Positions 21,682-40,913 of a stretch of DNA of 64,000 nt are shown one piece after another (positions within the stretch are counted from its first letter, which is position 1; every line of letters starts with the position of its first letter). Under the pieces are notes generated by a model. The model was not told the origin of the DNA. It saw only the letters and a list, made by a program, of their open reading frames with translations, and did no database searches. This stretch comes from an uncultured Acidobacteriota bacterium (GTDB lineage: Bacteria; Acidobacteriota; UBA6911). Both the position numbers and the translations under genes were made by a program. Where the stretch lies: the NCBI GenBank assembly GCA_963843575.1, contig CAWJKZ010000024.1, positions 224,001-288,000 on the forward strand, written 5' to 3'.

Positions 21682-22022
21682 TGGAGTGCGGCGCCGAGAA
21701 GTCTGGAGTGTGGCGGCTCGACGCCGCTTTGAGTTTCGTCCGAAGGCCGAACGACTCGGCGCCTCGGCGCCACACCAAACTAAGTCACGGGGCGGCGTCG
21801 AGCCGCCGCATTCCAGATAGCGATGGAGTTTACGGGGGCGAGGTACGTGTGGAGTGCGGCGCCTGGGCGCCGCTTTGAGTTTCGTCCGAAGGCAGTACGA
21901 CCCGGCGCCTCGGCGCCACACCAAACTAAGTCACGGGGCGGCGCCGAGGCGCCGCCCATAAAGCGGCGTCGAGCCGCCGCACTCCAGGAATAGCGATGGA
22001 GTTTACGGGGGAACGGTACGTG
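21682..22022. repeat. REP family B cluster in a tandem duplication
   Basis: TGGAGTGCGGCGGCTCGACGCCGCTTT-type units and their complements; duplicated units 21704-21849 and 21850-22022. Confidence 0.85.
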
Positions 22023-23120
22023 CCGGGGCAAGGGGGGGCGCAGATCGCCTACGAACACCTGCACCGCTATCTCTTCGCCGCGCGCTGGGCCGCGGGCAAG
22101 CTGGTCCTCGACGCGGCCGCAGGGGCCGGCTATGGGGCTGCGCTGCTGGCGCGGTCGGCTGCCGCCGCCTGGGCGCTCGAAATCGACGCGGCGGCGGTCG
22201 CGTCCGGGAGGGCCGCCTACGCACGGCCCAACCTCCGGTTCATCCAGGGGGACGCCACGCGGCTGCCGTTCCGGAGCGGCTCCGTGGACCTCGTCACCGC
22301 CTTTGAAGTGCTCGAGCACCTCGCCGATCCGGAGGGGCTGGTGCGGGAGATTGCGCGCGTCTGCCGCCGCGACGGGCTGGCCCTGATCTCGACTCCCAAC
22401 AAGGCCGTCTATTCCGAGGCGCGCGATTACCATAACCCCTTCCACATGCGGGAGTTTTACCGGGAGGAATTCCTGACCCTGCTGTGCGCCAGCTTCCGGA
22501 ATGTGGTACTTTTCCACCAGCAGATCCGGGCCGGCTCCCTGATTTCGTCCGAGGGGGGCGACGGCTGGGAGTTGCACGCCGAACCGCCGCCGGGGGCGGG
22601 GCGAGGCCCTGTTGAGCCGATGTATTTTCTGGCGCTGTGCGGGAACGAGCCTTTCAGGGAGAGGCTTCCGCGCGGCTCGGCCTATCTCGATCCTACGGAC
22701 GCCCTGATCGCGGAGTGGGGTGCCGAGGCCGCCAGGCTCAACGGCGACATCGAACGGCTCGGGTCCTGGGGCAAGGCGCTCGAAACCGAACTGGCCCGGC
22801 GCGACGAGACCCTGCGGCGCACCCTGGACGAGGTCGGCGAACGGGACCGCACGATCGAGTCGCTCCAGCAGGAGATGGGGAACGAAATCGGCGCGCGCGA
22901 CCGGAGTCTCGCGGCCCTGCGGCGGGAGTTCGAGGAGCGGAGCCGGTGGGCGGGGGAGCTCCAGCAGGACGTCGCCGATCGGGACGCCCTGCTGAGGCGG
23001 ACGACCGAGGCGCTGGACCGCACGGACGCGGAACTGAAGGGTACCGAGGCCCGGCTGGCGCGCATACGGCGCGCGTTCCTGCACCGGGTGCTGTGCCGCC
23101 TGGGCCTCCTGCCACGATGA
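21996..23120 (+). CDS. SAM methyltransferase with C-terminal coiled coil
   Basis: FTGER, EHLHRY, FEVLEH, ISTPN, NPFH; heptad-rich E/R/L tail. Confidence 0.85.
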   Translation: MEFTGERYVPGQGGAQIAYEHLHRYLFAARWAAGKLVLDAAAGAGYGAALLARSAAAAWALEIDAAAVASGRAAYARPNLRFIQGDATRLPFRSGSVDLVTAFEVLEHLADPEGLVREIARVCRRDGLALISTPNKAVYSEARDYHNPFHMREFYREEFLTLLCASFRNVVLFHQQIRAGSLISSEGGDGWELHAEPPPGAGRGPVEPMYFLALCGNEPFRERLPRGSAYLDPTDALIAEWGAEAARLNGDIERLGSWGKALETELARRDETLRRTLDEVGERDRTIESLQQEMGNEIGARDRSLAALRREFEERSRWAGELQQDVADRDALLRRTTEALDRTDAELKGTEARLARIRRAFLHRVLCRLGLLPR

Positions 23121-23122
23121 TT

Positions 23123-23203
23123 TGGAGTGCGGCGGTTCGACGCCGCTTTCCCGGGCGGGGCCTAGGCGCCGCTACCAAAGCGGCGTCGAGCCGCCGCACT
23201 CCA
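23123..23203. repeat. REP family B inverted pair
   Basis: TGGAGTGCGGCGGTTCGACGCCGCTTT...AAAGCGGCGTCGAGCCGCCGCACTCCA. Confidence 0.9.
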
Positions 23204-23240
23204 CACTGCGTTTGAATGGCAAAAACTGGAAGAATTATCG

Positions 23241-23269
23241 TTGCAAACCAGTAGGTCTGTTGCTAGACT
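23241..23269 (+). promoter_or_regulatory. Sigma70-type promoter of the tRNA-tuf operon
   Basis: TTGCAA-17 nt-TAGACT, extended -10 TG, A-rich upstream, 15 nt before tRNA-Thr. Confidence 0.7.
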
Positions 23270-23284
23270 AATAACTTTGTCGAC

Positions 23285-23360
23285 GCTGGCGTAGCTCAGT
23301 TGGTAGAGCAGCTGATTTGTAATCAGCGGGTCGGGGGTTCAAGTCCTCTCGCCAGCTCCA
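23285..23360 (+). tRNA. tRNA-Thr(TGT)
   Basis: Cloverleaf, anticodon arm CTGAT-TTGTAA-TCAG, GGTTCAAGTCC, CCA end. Confidence 0.97.
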
Positions 23361-23549
23361 TGGACACGGCGGCGGGAACGGGCGGAATGACGACCCGGCG
23401 GGGCAGGCCGGGGGCGGGGCGGCGCAAGAATCAGTCTCCGACGACGGACAAGGCAACGGACGAAGTGTCCGGCTCACCTGCAAGCTCCCCATATCTCTCA
23501 GGCACGGCGCCGGGAGAAGGTCCCGATTCCAGGCTAGGCGACATATTCT

Positions 23550-23637
23550 GGACAGGTGGTCGAGCGGTTAATGGCACTGGGCTGTAAACCCAGCGACCTT
23601 CGGGTCTACGGAGGTTCGAATCCTCCCCTGTCCACCA
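23550..23637 (+). tRNA. tRNA-Tyr(GTA)
   Basis: CTGGG-CTGTAAA-CCCAG, long variable arm, CCA end. Confidence 0.97.
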
Positions 23638-23655
23638 TGTTATTGGAAGCTAAAA

Positions 23656-23731
23656 GCGGGAGTAACTCAGTTGGTAGAGTCATAGCCTTCCAAGCTATTG
23701 GTCGCGGGTTCGAGTCCCGTCTCCCGCTCCA
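23656..23731 (+). tRNA. tRNA-Gly(TCC)
   Basis: ATAGC-CTTCCAA-GCTAT, GGTTCGAGTCC, CCA end. Confidence 0.97.
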
Positions 23732-23738
23732 GATCTTA

Positions 23739-23814
<76 letters not shown>

Positions 23815-23903
23815 GCAAATTGCGGGGGCTCTGCCCGCGGGCGCATCAGGCACTTTTTCGGATCGGATCAAATAGACGCACCGAGCACAGCTAGGAGAGA
23901 CAT

Positions 23904-25092
<1,189 letters not shown>

Positions 25093-25116
25093 GCGCACGG
25101 CTAATCGGGAACTGGG

Positions 25117-25266
25117 ATGCGAGACATCATTACTTTCGAATGCACGAAGTGCAAGAATCGAAACTACACTTCGACGAAGAACAAGAAGACGACCACCGAG
25201 CGCCTGGAGTTCAAGAAGTTCTGCAACCGGTGCCGGGCCCACACGCCGCACAAGGAGACGCGGTAG
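25117..25266 (+). CDS. rpmG: 50S ribosomal protein L33, Zn-binding form (49 aa, below the ORF track cutoff)
   Basis: [49 protein letters not shown]. Confidence 0.97.
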   Translation: MRDIITFECTKCKNRNYTSTKNKKTTTERLEFKKFCNRCRAHTPHKETR

Positions 25267-25296
25267 TGGCTCGGCGCGCCGGCGGGGTGTTATTGC

Positions 25297-25373
25297 AGGC
25301 CAGTAGCTCGAATTGGTAGAGCGGCGGTCTCCAAAACCGCATGTTGGGGGTTCGAGTCCCTCCTGGCCTGCCA
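25297..25373 (+). tRNA. tRNA-Trp(CCA)
   Basis: GCGGT-CTCCAAA-ACCGC, CCA end, directly before secE. Confidence 0.97.
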
Positions 25374-25420
25374 ACCCTTGAAGCAGATCCGGCTGGATCC
25401 GTCGTTCGCGGAGTAAAGAG

Positions 25421-25648
25421 ATGAAGGAGTACTGGCAGAAATTCGTGGGCGCCTTCCGGGGCATGATCGAGTTTATCAAGGAGACCCGGAAAGAGCTCAA
25501 CAACGTGTCCTGGCCCGGCCGTCGCGAAGTCACGGGCACCACCATGGTGGTGATCGTCGCCGTGTTCTTTTTCGGCTTCTTCCTGTACGTCGTCGACAGG
25601 ATCGTCGGGTTCGGGATGACTTACCTATATCGTCTCGCGGGGCAATAG
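25421..25648 (+). CDS. secE: Preprotein translocase SecE
   Basis: ELNNVSWP plus TM helix; synteny. Confidence 0.95.
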   Translation: MKEYWQKFVGAFRGMIEFIKETRKELNNVSWPGRREVTGTTMVVIVAVFFFGFFLYVVDRIVGFGMTYLYRLAGQ

Positions 25649-25664
25649 CCGGAAAGACGGGGTC

Positions 25665-26202
25665 ATGGACGGCGACAAAAAGTGGTACATCATCCACACC
25701 TACTCCGGATACGAGCGCAAGGTTGCGGAAAGCCTGATGAACCGCATCCAGGCGTACGACCTGGGTGAATGTATCGGGCAGATCCTGATACCGACGGAAG
25801 ACGTGGTGGAGATGAAGAGCGGGAAGAAGGTGGTCACCACCAAGCTGACCTTCCCGGGCTACATCCTGGTCGAGATGGACATGACCGACAAGGCGTGGCA
25901 TGTCGTCCGGGGCACCCCGAAGGTCACCGGTTTCATCAGCACCGGGAAAAAGCCGACGCCCCTCACCGAGGCAGGAGATCAACGAGGTGGTGAACCGCGT
26001 GTCGGTGACGGCCGAGCAGCCGAAGCCGAGGTTCACCTTCGACCGCGGGGATGCGGTCAAGATCATCGACGGGCCGTTCAAGGATTTCACGGGGGTGGTC
26101 GAGGACGTCAATCCCGATCGCAACACCCTGAAGGTGATGCTCACGATCCTCGGCCGGGCGACCCCGGTGGAACTCGAGTCCGAGCAGGTGGAGAAGGTCT
26201 AG
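25665..26202 (+). CDS. nusG: Transcription factor NusG (frameshift near 25970)
   Basis: [32 protein letters not shown]. Confidence 0.96.
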
Positions 26203-26248
26203 GGGCAGGCCGGCCGCGGAGGCCGGGGCGCTGCAAACGGGAGTGGCA

Positions 26249-26674
26249 ATGGCGAAGAAGATAGTGGCGAACGTGAAGCTGCAGGTTGCGGCAGGGAAGG
26301 CGACCCCGGCACCGCCGGTCGGATCGGCCCTGGGCCCGCACGGCCTGAACATCATGGACTTCTGCAAGGCTTTCAACGCCAAGACCGCCAAGCAGGAAGG
26401 CCTGATCATCCCGGTCGTGGTGACGGTCTACAGCGACCGCACCTACTCGTTCGTCACCAAGACGCCGCCGGCGGCGGTGCTGCTCAAGAAGGCCGCCAAC
26501 ATCGCCAAGGGCTCCGCGGAGCCCAACAAGACCAAGGTGGGCAAGGTCACGATGAAGCAGGTCCGGGAGATCGCCCAGACCAAGATGCCCGATCTGAACG
26601 CCGCCAGCCTGGACGCCGCCGTCAACATCATCCTGGGAACGGCGCGGAGCATGGGGATGGAAGTCGAAGGGTAG
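26249..26674 (+). CDS. rplK: 50S ribosomal protein L11
   Basis: [29 protein letters not shown]. Confidence 0.98.
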   Translation: MAKKIVANVKLQVAAGKATPAPPVGSALGPHGLNIMDFCKAFNAKTAKQEGLIIPVVVTVYSDRTYSFVTKTPPAAVLLKKAANIAKGSAEPNKTKVGKVTMKQVREIAQTKMPDLNAASLDAAVNIILGTARSMGMEVEG

Positions 26675-26705
26675 GACGGGACCCAACGAGTCACGAGGTG
26701 ATGCA

Positions 26706-27404
26706 ATGCCGAAAGCTGGAAAGAAGTTCGCGAAGGCCGCCGAAGCCGTGGAGCAGAAGGCGTACCCGCTCGACGAGGCGGTCGCCCTGCTGAAGAAGGT
26801 CGCGTACGCCAAGTTCAACGAAACGGTCGAGGTGTCGATGCGGCTCGGGGTCGATCCGAAGCACGCCGACCAGATGGTGCGCGGCACGGTGGTGCTGCCC
26901 AACGGCCTGGGCAAGAGCAAGAAGGTGGTCGTGATCGCGTCGGGCGAGAAGGTGAAGGAAGGGCGCGACGCCGGGGCGGACGAGGTGGGCGGCGACGACA
27001 TCGTCGAGCGCATCGCGGGCGGCTGGATGGATTTCGACGCGGTGGTGGCTACGCCCGACATGATGCGCAGCGTCGGCAAGCTGGGGAAGATCCTCGGCCC
27101 GCGCGGCCTCATGCCCAACCCGAAGACCGGCACGGTGACCTTCGACGTCGGCAAGGCGATCCGCGAGATCAAGGCCGGCAAGGTGGAGTTCCGCGTCGAC
27201 AAGACGGGCATCATCCACGCCCCGTGCGGCAAGATCCAGTTCGACCAGAAGAACCTCTACGAAAACGCCCGGGCACTGATCGAGGCGGTCCTCAGGGCGA
27301 AGCCGCCCAGCAGCAAGGGGAAGTACGTACGCAGCATCTCCATCTCCTCCACGATGAGCCCCGGCATCTGGGTGGACGAGGCCTCGGTAGAGTCTCGCGC
27401 CTAA
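26706..27404 (+). CDS. rplA: 50S ribosomal protein L1
   Basis: [16 protein letters not shown]. Confidence 0.98.
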   Translation: MPKAGKKFAKAAEAVEQKAYPLDEAVALLKKVAYAKFNETVEVSMRLGVDPKHADQMVRGTVVLPNGLGKSKKVVVIASGEKVKEGRDAGADEVGGDDIVERIAGGWMDFDAVVATPDMMRSVGKLGKILGPRGLMPNPKTGTVTFDVGKAIREIKAGKVEFRVDKTGIIHAPCGKIQFDQKNLYENARALIEAVLRAKPPSSKGKYVRSISISSTMSPGIWVDEASVESRA

Positions 27405-27564
27405 GGTTGGGCGGGGCGCCCGCCGGGCCGGCGGGTGCGCAGTGTGCCTGTCATCTAAACCAGTCCCCGCGCGGCCGGCGGGGACGACCCGTGTTCGTGA
27501 GAGGGCGGCCCCCGTCCGGTGGACGGGGCGGCCCACCGCATGACCATCACAGGCGTTGCCAGTT

Positions 27565-28073
27565 ATGAACAGACAAGAGAAGAACGAGAATGTGGACAGC
27601 CTCGGCGAACAGTTCCGGGGCCTCAAGAGCGCGTTCCTGATCGACTACCGCGGCCTGAAGGTCGTGGACGCGACGGAATTGCGCCGCAAGATCCGCGACA
27701 TCGACGGCAGCTACGTCGTCGTGAAGAACACGCTGGCGATGCGCGCGGCCAAGGACACCAAGCTCGAGCAGCTCAACCCCTACTTCGAGGGCCCGACGGC
27801 GATCGCCTACCACCCGAAGGACGTGGTGGCGCTCGCCAAGCTGCTGACCGAGGTCTGACCCGCGCCAACCCGAACATCAAGTTCAAGGCCGCCCTCGTCG
27901 AAGGCAAGGTGGTTCCGACCGGCGAGATCCAGGCCCTTGCGTCCATGCCCGCGCGCGAAGTCCTGCTGAGCAAGCTGGTGTTCCTGCTCAAGGCGCCCGT
28001 CCAGAGATTGGCCGCGGTATTGAAGGCTCCGGTCCGAGACCTCGGCCTGGTGCTGAACCAGATCCAGAAATAG
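27565..28073 (+). CDS. rplJ: 50S ribosomal protein L10 (frameshift near 27856)
   Basis: DYRGL, VVKNTL, FEGPTAIA, LASMPARE. Confidence 0.95.
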
Positions 28074-28129
28074 CCGAGTCCACCCGGAATCAGCTACTTA
28101 TCACTAAACCCTGAAGGGAGTTTTCGAAA

Positions 28130-28523
28130 ATGGCGAATACGACACCAGAAGAAGTCTTGGAATGGATCGACCAGGCCACGATGCTCGAGATCTCGGACCT
28201 GGTCAAGAAGCTCGAGGAGAAGTACGGCATCAGCGCCGCAGCTGCCATGCCGGTCATGGCCGCCGGCGCCCCGGCCGCCGGCGGGGCAGCCCCCGCGGCC
28301 GCCGAGGAGAAGACGGAATTCACCGTGGTCCTCTCCGCCGTGGGCGACAAGAAGATCAACGTGATCAAGGCCGTCCGCGAGGTCACCAGCCTGGGCCTGA
28401 AAGAAGCCAAGGACCTCGTCGAAGGCGCCCCCAAGCCGGTCAAGGAAGGCGTTTCCAAGGAAGAGGCCGACACCATCAAAGAAGAAGTTCGAGGAGGCCG
28501 GCGCGACTGTCGAAATCAAGTAG
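28130..28523 (+). CDS. rplL: 50S ribosomal protein L7/L12 (frameshift near 28480)
   Basis: [27 protein letters not shown], shifted tail [10 protein letters not shown]. Confidence 0.97.
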
Positions 28524-28691
28524 AGCTACGATCGGCGCGCCGGGCGGCAGGTCCGCTTTCGACCGCATGCGGGCGCGTCTCCCCCGCTGCCGTAATCGGC
28601 GCCCCTCCCGGGCTGCATGCTCCCGGGGCGGCGCACTCCAGGACGAGGTTACAGTGCCGAAAGGCAACAGTGCTGCGGGCTTCCATTTCCG

Positions 28692-28765
28692 CAAAGCAGA
28701 AGACCGAAGGCAGGAAGGCGACGGGATGCCCGTGGTGCGCCTTCCGCACTCGGTCTTCTGCTTTG
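28692..28765 (+). promoter_or_regulatory. Long hairpin in the rplL-rpoB spacer (processing site or attenuator candidate)
   Basis: CAAAGCAGAAGACCGA pairs with TCGGTCTTCTGCTTTG; nested GGAAGGCG/CGCCTTCC and ACGGG/CCCGT. Confidence 0.6.
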
Positions 28766-28829
28766 TCCATTCTGAGCTGTTGCACGCCAACCGGGATTCA
28801 CAAAGAGAGCTTTTGAGGTAAATCCTTCG

Positions 28830-33145
<4,316 letters not shown>

Positions 33146-33243
33146 ATCCGGACCCGGGCCGAGGGTCGCAAGGGCGCACGCGGTGATGCCCGTCAAACAG
33201 TCGACGATATGAAATTAACCTCTAGAGTGTTGGAGGGGGTCCA

Positions 33244-37415
<4,172 letters not shown>

Positions 37416-37457
37416 GGGACGGACCAGAACAAACCTCTATTTATCAATTAGTTATGA

Positions 37458-37495
37458 CAAATAAGGCCCTCAAAAGGGGCCTTATTTGCGTTTTT
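37458..37495 (+). terminator. Terminator after rpoC
   Basis: CAAATAAGGCCC...GGGCCTTATTTG followed by a T-run. Confidence 0.75.
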
Positions 37496-37626
37496 GGGGC
37501 CTGTTTTTTCGATTTAAGCACAAGACCCCTGGTCCCTGGCCGGCGCCGGGCCGCTCGAACCGCGGCGCCCCAAATAAAACCAACTTTTTGACAGATGGCG
37601 AGTATTCATTGGTGACTGGGAGTTCG

Positions 37627-38217
37627 ATGGACGAGAAACCGGTTGACGCACAAGACGATCAGTCGCTGATGCTGGCGGTGCGGGATGGAGACGTGGCTAA
37701 GCTCGGGCTGCTGTTCGAGCGGCATCACGCGCGCCTGTTTAATTTCCTCCTGCGTCTGACCGGCGACCGCCATCTGAGCGAGGATCTGGTTCAGGAGGCT
37801 TTCGTGCGGCTACTCAAATATCGGCACACATATCGGGCCGAAAGCCAATTCACGACCTGGATGTTCCAGATCGCCAGAAATGCCCGGGTCGACTACTTCA
37901 GGAAGAGTCCCCGCGGCGAGGTCAACCTCGAAGACGAGGTGGTGGAGCAGGTCAGCCTGGCGCCTTCGCCGGGCGAGCAGGTGGAACGCCGGGAGGAGAC
38001 GCGGATTCTGCTGGAGGCCCTGTCCCGGCTGTCGGAGGACAAACGCGCGGTGCTGTTGCTGCGCGGTTTCCAGGGGCTGAAGTTCGAGGAGATCGCCAGG
38101 GTGATGGGGTGCCCGGTGAACACGGCCAAGGGCCGGGCGTTCACGGCGATCCGGGAGTTGCGGGCGGCCCTGCCAAAAATCAAAAGCGAGCGCTTGCCAT
38201 GGAATGCAAAAGGGTGA
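37627..38217 (+). CDS. ECF RNA polymerase sigma factor
   Basis: SEDLVQEAF, FTTWMFQIARN, FEEIARVMG. Confidence 0.9.
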   Translation: MDEKPVDAQDDQSLMLAVRDGDVAKLGLLFERHHARLFNFLLRLTGDRHLSEDLVQEAFVRLLKYRHTYRAESQFTTWMFQIARNARVDYFRKSPRGEVNLEDEVVEQVSLAPSPGEQVERREETRILLEALSRLSEDKRAVLLLRGFQGLKFEEIARVMGCPVNTAKGRAFTAIRELRAALPKIKSERLPWNAKG

Positions 38218-38996
38218 GGGAACTCTTCCCGGACCGTTGGGCCGGGACAATCGATCCTGCAGAGGAGGCGCGGGTCGGCACGCACCTGGCCGGGTGCGCC
38301 ACATGCCGCGAGGAGTGGGCGAGCCTGGGCCGCTTGTGGGAGGGTCTCGCCAGGCTGCCCGGGGAGGAGCCGGGCGCGCGCGTGCGCCCCCGTTTCTACG
38401 CCATGCTCGAGGGATACGAACAGGGGCTGGCTCAGGCGCGCGACGGCGGCCGCACGGGGATCTGGGCGTGGTTTTTCGCCCGGCCTGCGCTCCAGTTCGG
38501 CCTGGCCTCGCTCCTGCTGGCGTTCGCGTTCGCCGGCGGCTACGCAGTGCGGGGCAGCCGGAACGGCCACGAAGAGCTCCTGGTCCTGCGCGACGAAGTC
38601 CACGAGATGCGCCGGATGGTCACCCTGTCGCTCCTCAAGCAGCAGTCGGCGAGCGAGCGGCTCAAGGGGGTGAGCTGGAGCGGTTCCGTCAGCCGCCCGG
38701 ATCCCGAGTTCCTGGCGACCCTCGTCCACACGGTCGATTACGACCCCAACGTGGACGTCCGGCTTGCGGCGGTGGACGCCCTGTCCCGGTTTGCCGGCGA
38801 CTCCGGGGTGAGGGAAGGGCTTATCCGGTCCCTCAAAAAGCAGGATTCCCCGATGGTGCAGATCTCGCTGATCGACCTGCTGGTCCAGCTGCACGAGCGC
38901 GAGGCGGCCGGCGCGCTCAAGCAGCTCGTCGACGACGACCACCAGAATCAGGTCGTCCGGCAGCGCGCCCAGTGGGGCCTGCAGAAGCTCAGTTGA
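38199..38996 (+). CDS. zf-HC2 anti-sigma factor with extracytoplasmic HEAT repeats
   Basis: HLAGCATC, TM helix, DPNVDVRLAAVDAL. Confidence 0.85.
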   Translation: MECKRVRELFPDRWAGTIDPAEEARVGTHLAGCATCREEWASLGRLWEGLARLPGEEPGARVRPRFYAMLEGYEQGLAQARDGGRTGIWAWFFARPALQFGLASLLLAFAFAGGYAVRGSRNGHEELLVLRDEVHEMRRMVTLSLLKQQSASERLKGVSWSGSVSRPDPEFLATLVHTVDYDPNVDVRLAAVDALSRFAGDSGVREGLIRSLKKQDSPMVQISLIDLLVQLHEREAAGALKQLVDDDHQNQVVRQRAQWGLQKLS

Positions 38997-39007
38997 GGAG
39001 GAACGTG

Positions 39008-39871
39008 ATGCGGCGTCTCGCCTTGGGTACGGCAGTCGTCTTGGCCGCGGGATTCACGGTGGCGGCCTTTACGGCGGATTCGCGCGGCAGCTTCCCGGAG
39101 GTTCAGAAGGAAGCGATCCAGAAGACCCTCGGTTTCTCGCCCGTCGCGGGGCCGAAAGAGGTCGTCGTCGACAATGTGATCGGCTTCATTCACGTGTCCG
39201 GGTATGACGGGCAGGCAGTCCAGATGGAGCTTGACCGGACCACCCGCGGACGGACCCGTTCCGATCTGGCGCTCGCCGCCAGGGAAGTCGAGCTCAGGAT
39301 TTTCGAGCAGGGGAACCGCATCGAGTTGTACGTCGACGGTCCGTTCCGGTGCCGGGACGGATCGAAGCGGTCGCGTCGCCTCGACTACCGGGTCAACTGC
39401 GACTTCCGCCTGAAGGTCCCGCGCGCTTGCGGCCTGCGCCTGCGCACCGTCACCGACGGCGATCTCGAGGTTGAGAACGTCTCGGGGAACTTCGACCTCG
39501 AGAACGTCAACGGCGGGATTCAGATGAACGAGGTGTCCGGCCCGGGCTCCGCGCACACGGTCAACGGCGCCGTGAAGGTGCTCTTCAGCCGGAACCCTGA
39601 GTCCGATTGCTCGTTCAAGTCGGTCAACGGCGACCTGGATGTGGCGCTCCGGCCGGGGATGTCCGGCGACTTCTGGTTCAAGACGTTCAACGGCGACGCC
39701 TACACGGATTTCGACTTGACGTCGCTCCCGCAGCCGGTCTCGACAGCCGAGCGCCGCGGCGGCAAGTACGTTTACCGGAGCAACCGTTTCTTTGGCGGGC
39801 GCGCAGGGAAGGGCGGCCCCCAGATCAGGCTCGATACCTTCAACGGCAATATTCGCGTCACCTCCAGGTGA
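39008..39871 (+). CDS. DUF4097-like beta-strand repeat protein, exported
   Basis: Signal peptide; repeats NVNGGI/TVNGAV/SVNGDL/TFNG. Confidence 0.8.
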   Translation: MRRLALGTAVVLAAGFTVAAFTADSRGSFPEVQKEAIQKTLGFSPVAGPKEVVVDNVIGFIHVSGYDGQAVQMELDRTTRGRTRSDLALAAREVELRIFEQGNRIELYVDGPFRCRDGSKRSRRLDYRVNCDFRLKVPRACGLRLRTVTDGDLEVENVSGNFDLENVNGGIQMNEVSGPGSAHTVNGAVKVLFSRNPESDCSFKSVNGDLDVALRPGMSGDFWFKTFNGDAYTDFDLTSLPQPVSTAERRGGKYVYRSNRFFGGRAGKGGPQIRLDTFNGNIRVTSR

Positions 39872-39891
39872 CCACTCGTACAGGAGAGCTT

Positions 39892-40731
39892 ATGAAGAAG
39901 CATTTCGCGGGCATTGCGGCGATTGCGGTGTGGTTGGGGTTGGGCGTGGCGGCTCTTGCGCAGGATCCCGCGACCGATCGGGTCACGGTTCCGTTCAGCG
40001 ACGCGTCGCGGCCCGGCACCGTGCAGGTCAACCTGATCGCCGGTGGAATCACGGTTAAGGGCTATGCCGGAAAGGAAGTGGTGATCGAGGCGAAGAGCCG
40101 CGTGGAAGGGAAATCGGATGAACCCCCCAAGGCGGCGACCGCGGGCATGAGGAGGATCCCGAACACCTCGGGCAGCCTGAACGTGGAGGAGGAGAACAAC
40201 GTGATATCGGTGGGGACGGGACCGTCCCATCGTCCCATCGACATCGTGATCCAGGTGCCGGCGCGCACCTCGCTGAGGCTGAAGAGCATCAACGACGGCG
40301 ACATCAAGGTCGAGCAGGTGCAGGGGGAGATCGAGGTCAACAACATCAACGGCGAGGTGATCCTGTCGCAGGTTTCGGGGAGCGTGGTCGCCCACGCGCT
40401 GAACGGGGATGTGAAGGTCAGCCTGGTGGCCCTCGATCCGAACAAGCCCATGTCGTTCTCCTCGATGAACGGCGACATCGACGTCTCGTTTCCCCCGGAC
40501 CTCAAGGCGGCGGTGTCGATGAAGTCGGACCAGGGCGAGATCTACAGCGACTTCGACATCCGGCTGGACCAAGCGGCCGGCAAGCCCGAGGTTGAGGGAG
40601 CGCCGGGGAAAGGCGGGAAGTACAAGATCAAATTCGACCGAACGACGCGCGGCACCATCAACGGCGGGGGCCCGGAGATGCAGTTCAAGACCTTCAACGG
40701 CGACATCTTCATCCGCAAGGCAGCCAGGTAG
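39892..40731 (+). CDS. DUF4097-like beta-strand repeat protein, exported
   Basis: Signal peptide; NINGEV/ALNGDV/SMNGDI/TFNGDI. Confidence 0.8.
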   Translation: MKKHFAGIAAIAVWLGLGVAALAQDPATDRVTVPFSDASRPGTVQVNLIAGGITVKGYAGKEVVIEAKSRVEGKSDEPPKAATAGMRRIPNTSGSLNVEEENNVISVGTGPSHRPIDIVIQVPARTSLRLKSINDGDIKVEQVQGEIEVNNINGEVILSQVSGSVVAHALNGDVKVSLVALDPNKPMSFSSMNGDIDVSFPPDLKAAVSMKSDQGEIYSDFDIRLDQAAGKPEVEGAPGKGGKYKIKFDRTTRGTINGGGPEMQFKTFNGDIFIRKAAR

Positions 40732-40748
40732 CGCAGTGGGGGCTTCAG

Positions 40749-40881
40749 CTAAGTACTGATGTTCACAAATAGGCCAACGTAGTTGTCAGGACGCGGATGC
40801 GCGCGGATCCCCACAGATCGACCTGGCGACAGGCCGCGGTCGATCCGCGTGAATCCGTTGGATCCGCGGAATCTGCGTTCT
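40749..40881. repeat. Repeat family C, longest copy, between convergent genes
   Basis: 40749-40824 matches the reverse complement of 50826-50901 at 69/76; the right half matches 8361-8397. Confidence 0.85.
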
Positions 40882-40913
40882 GTTTTGCTTTCAACGCCCG
40901 TGGGCCGGGCGCC

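Noticed and set aside
21682-22022. CRISPR array
   Set aside because: Only two units, the inter-repeat sequences are homologous rather than unique, and no cas genes are present
23361-23549. Glycine riboswitch or ncRNA in the tRNA spacer (CTCTCAGG)
   Set aside because: The upstream GGAGA/CCGAAG elements are missing and the context is between tRNAs
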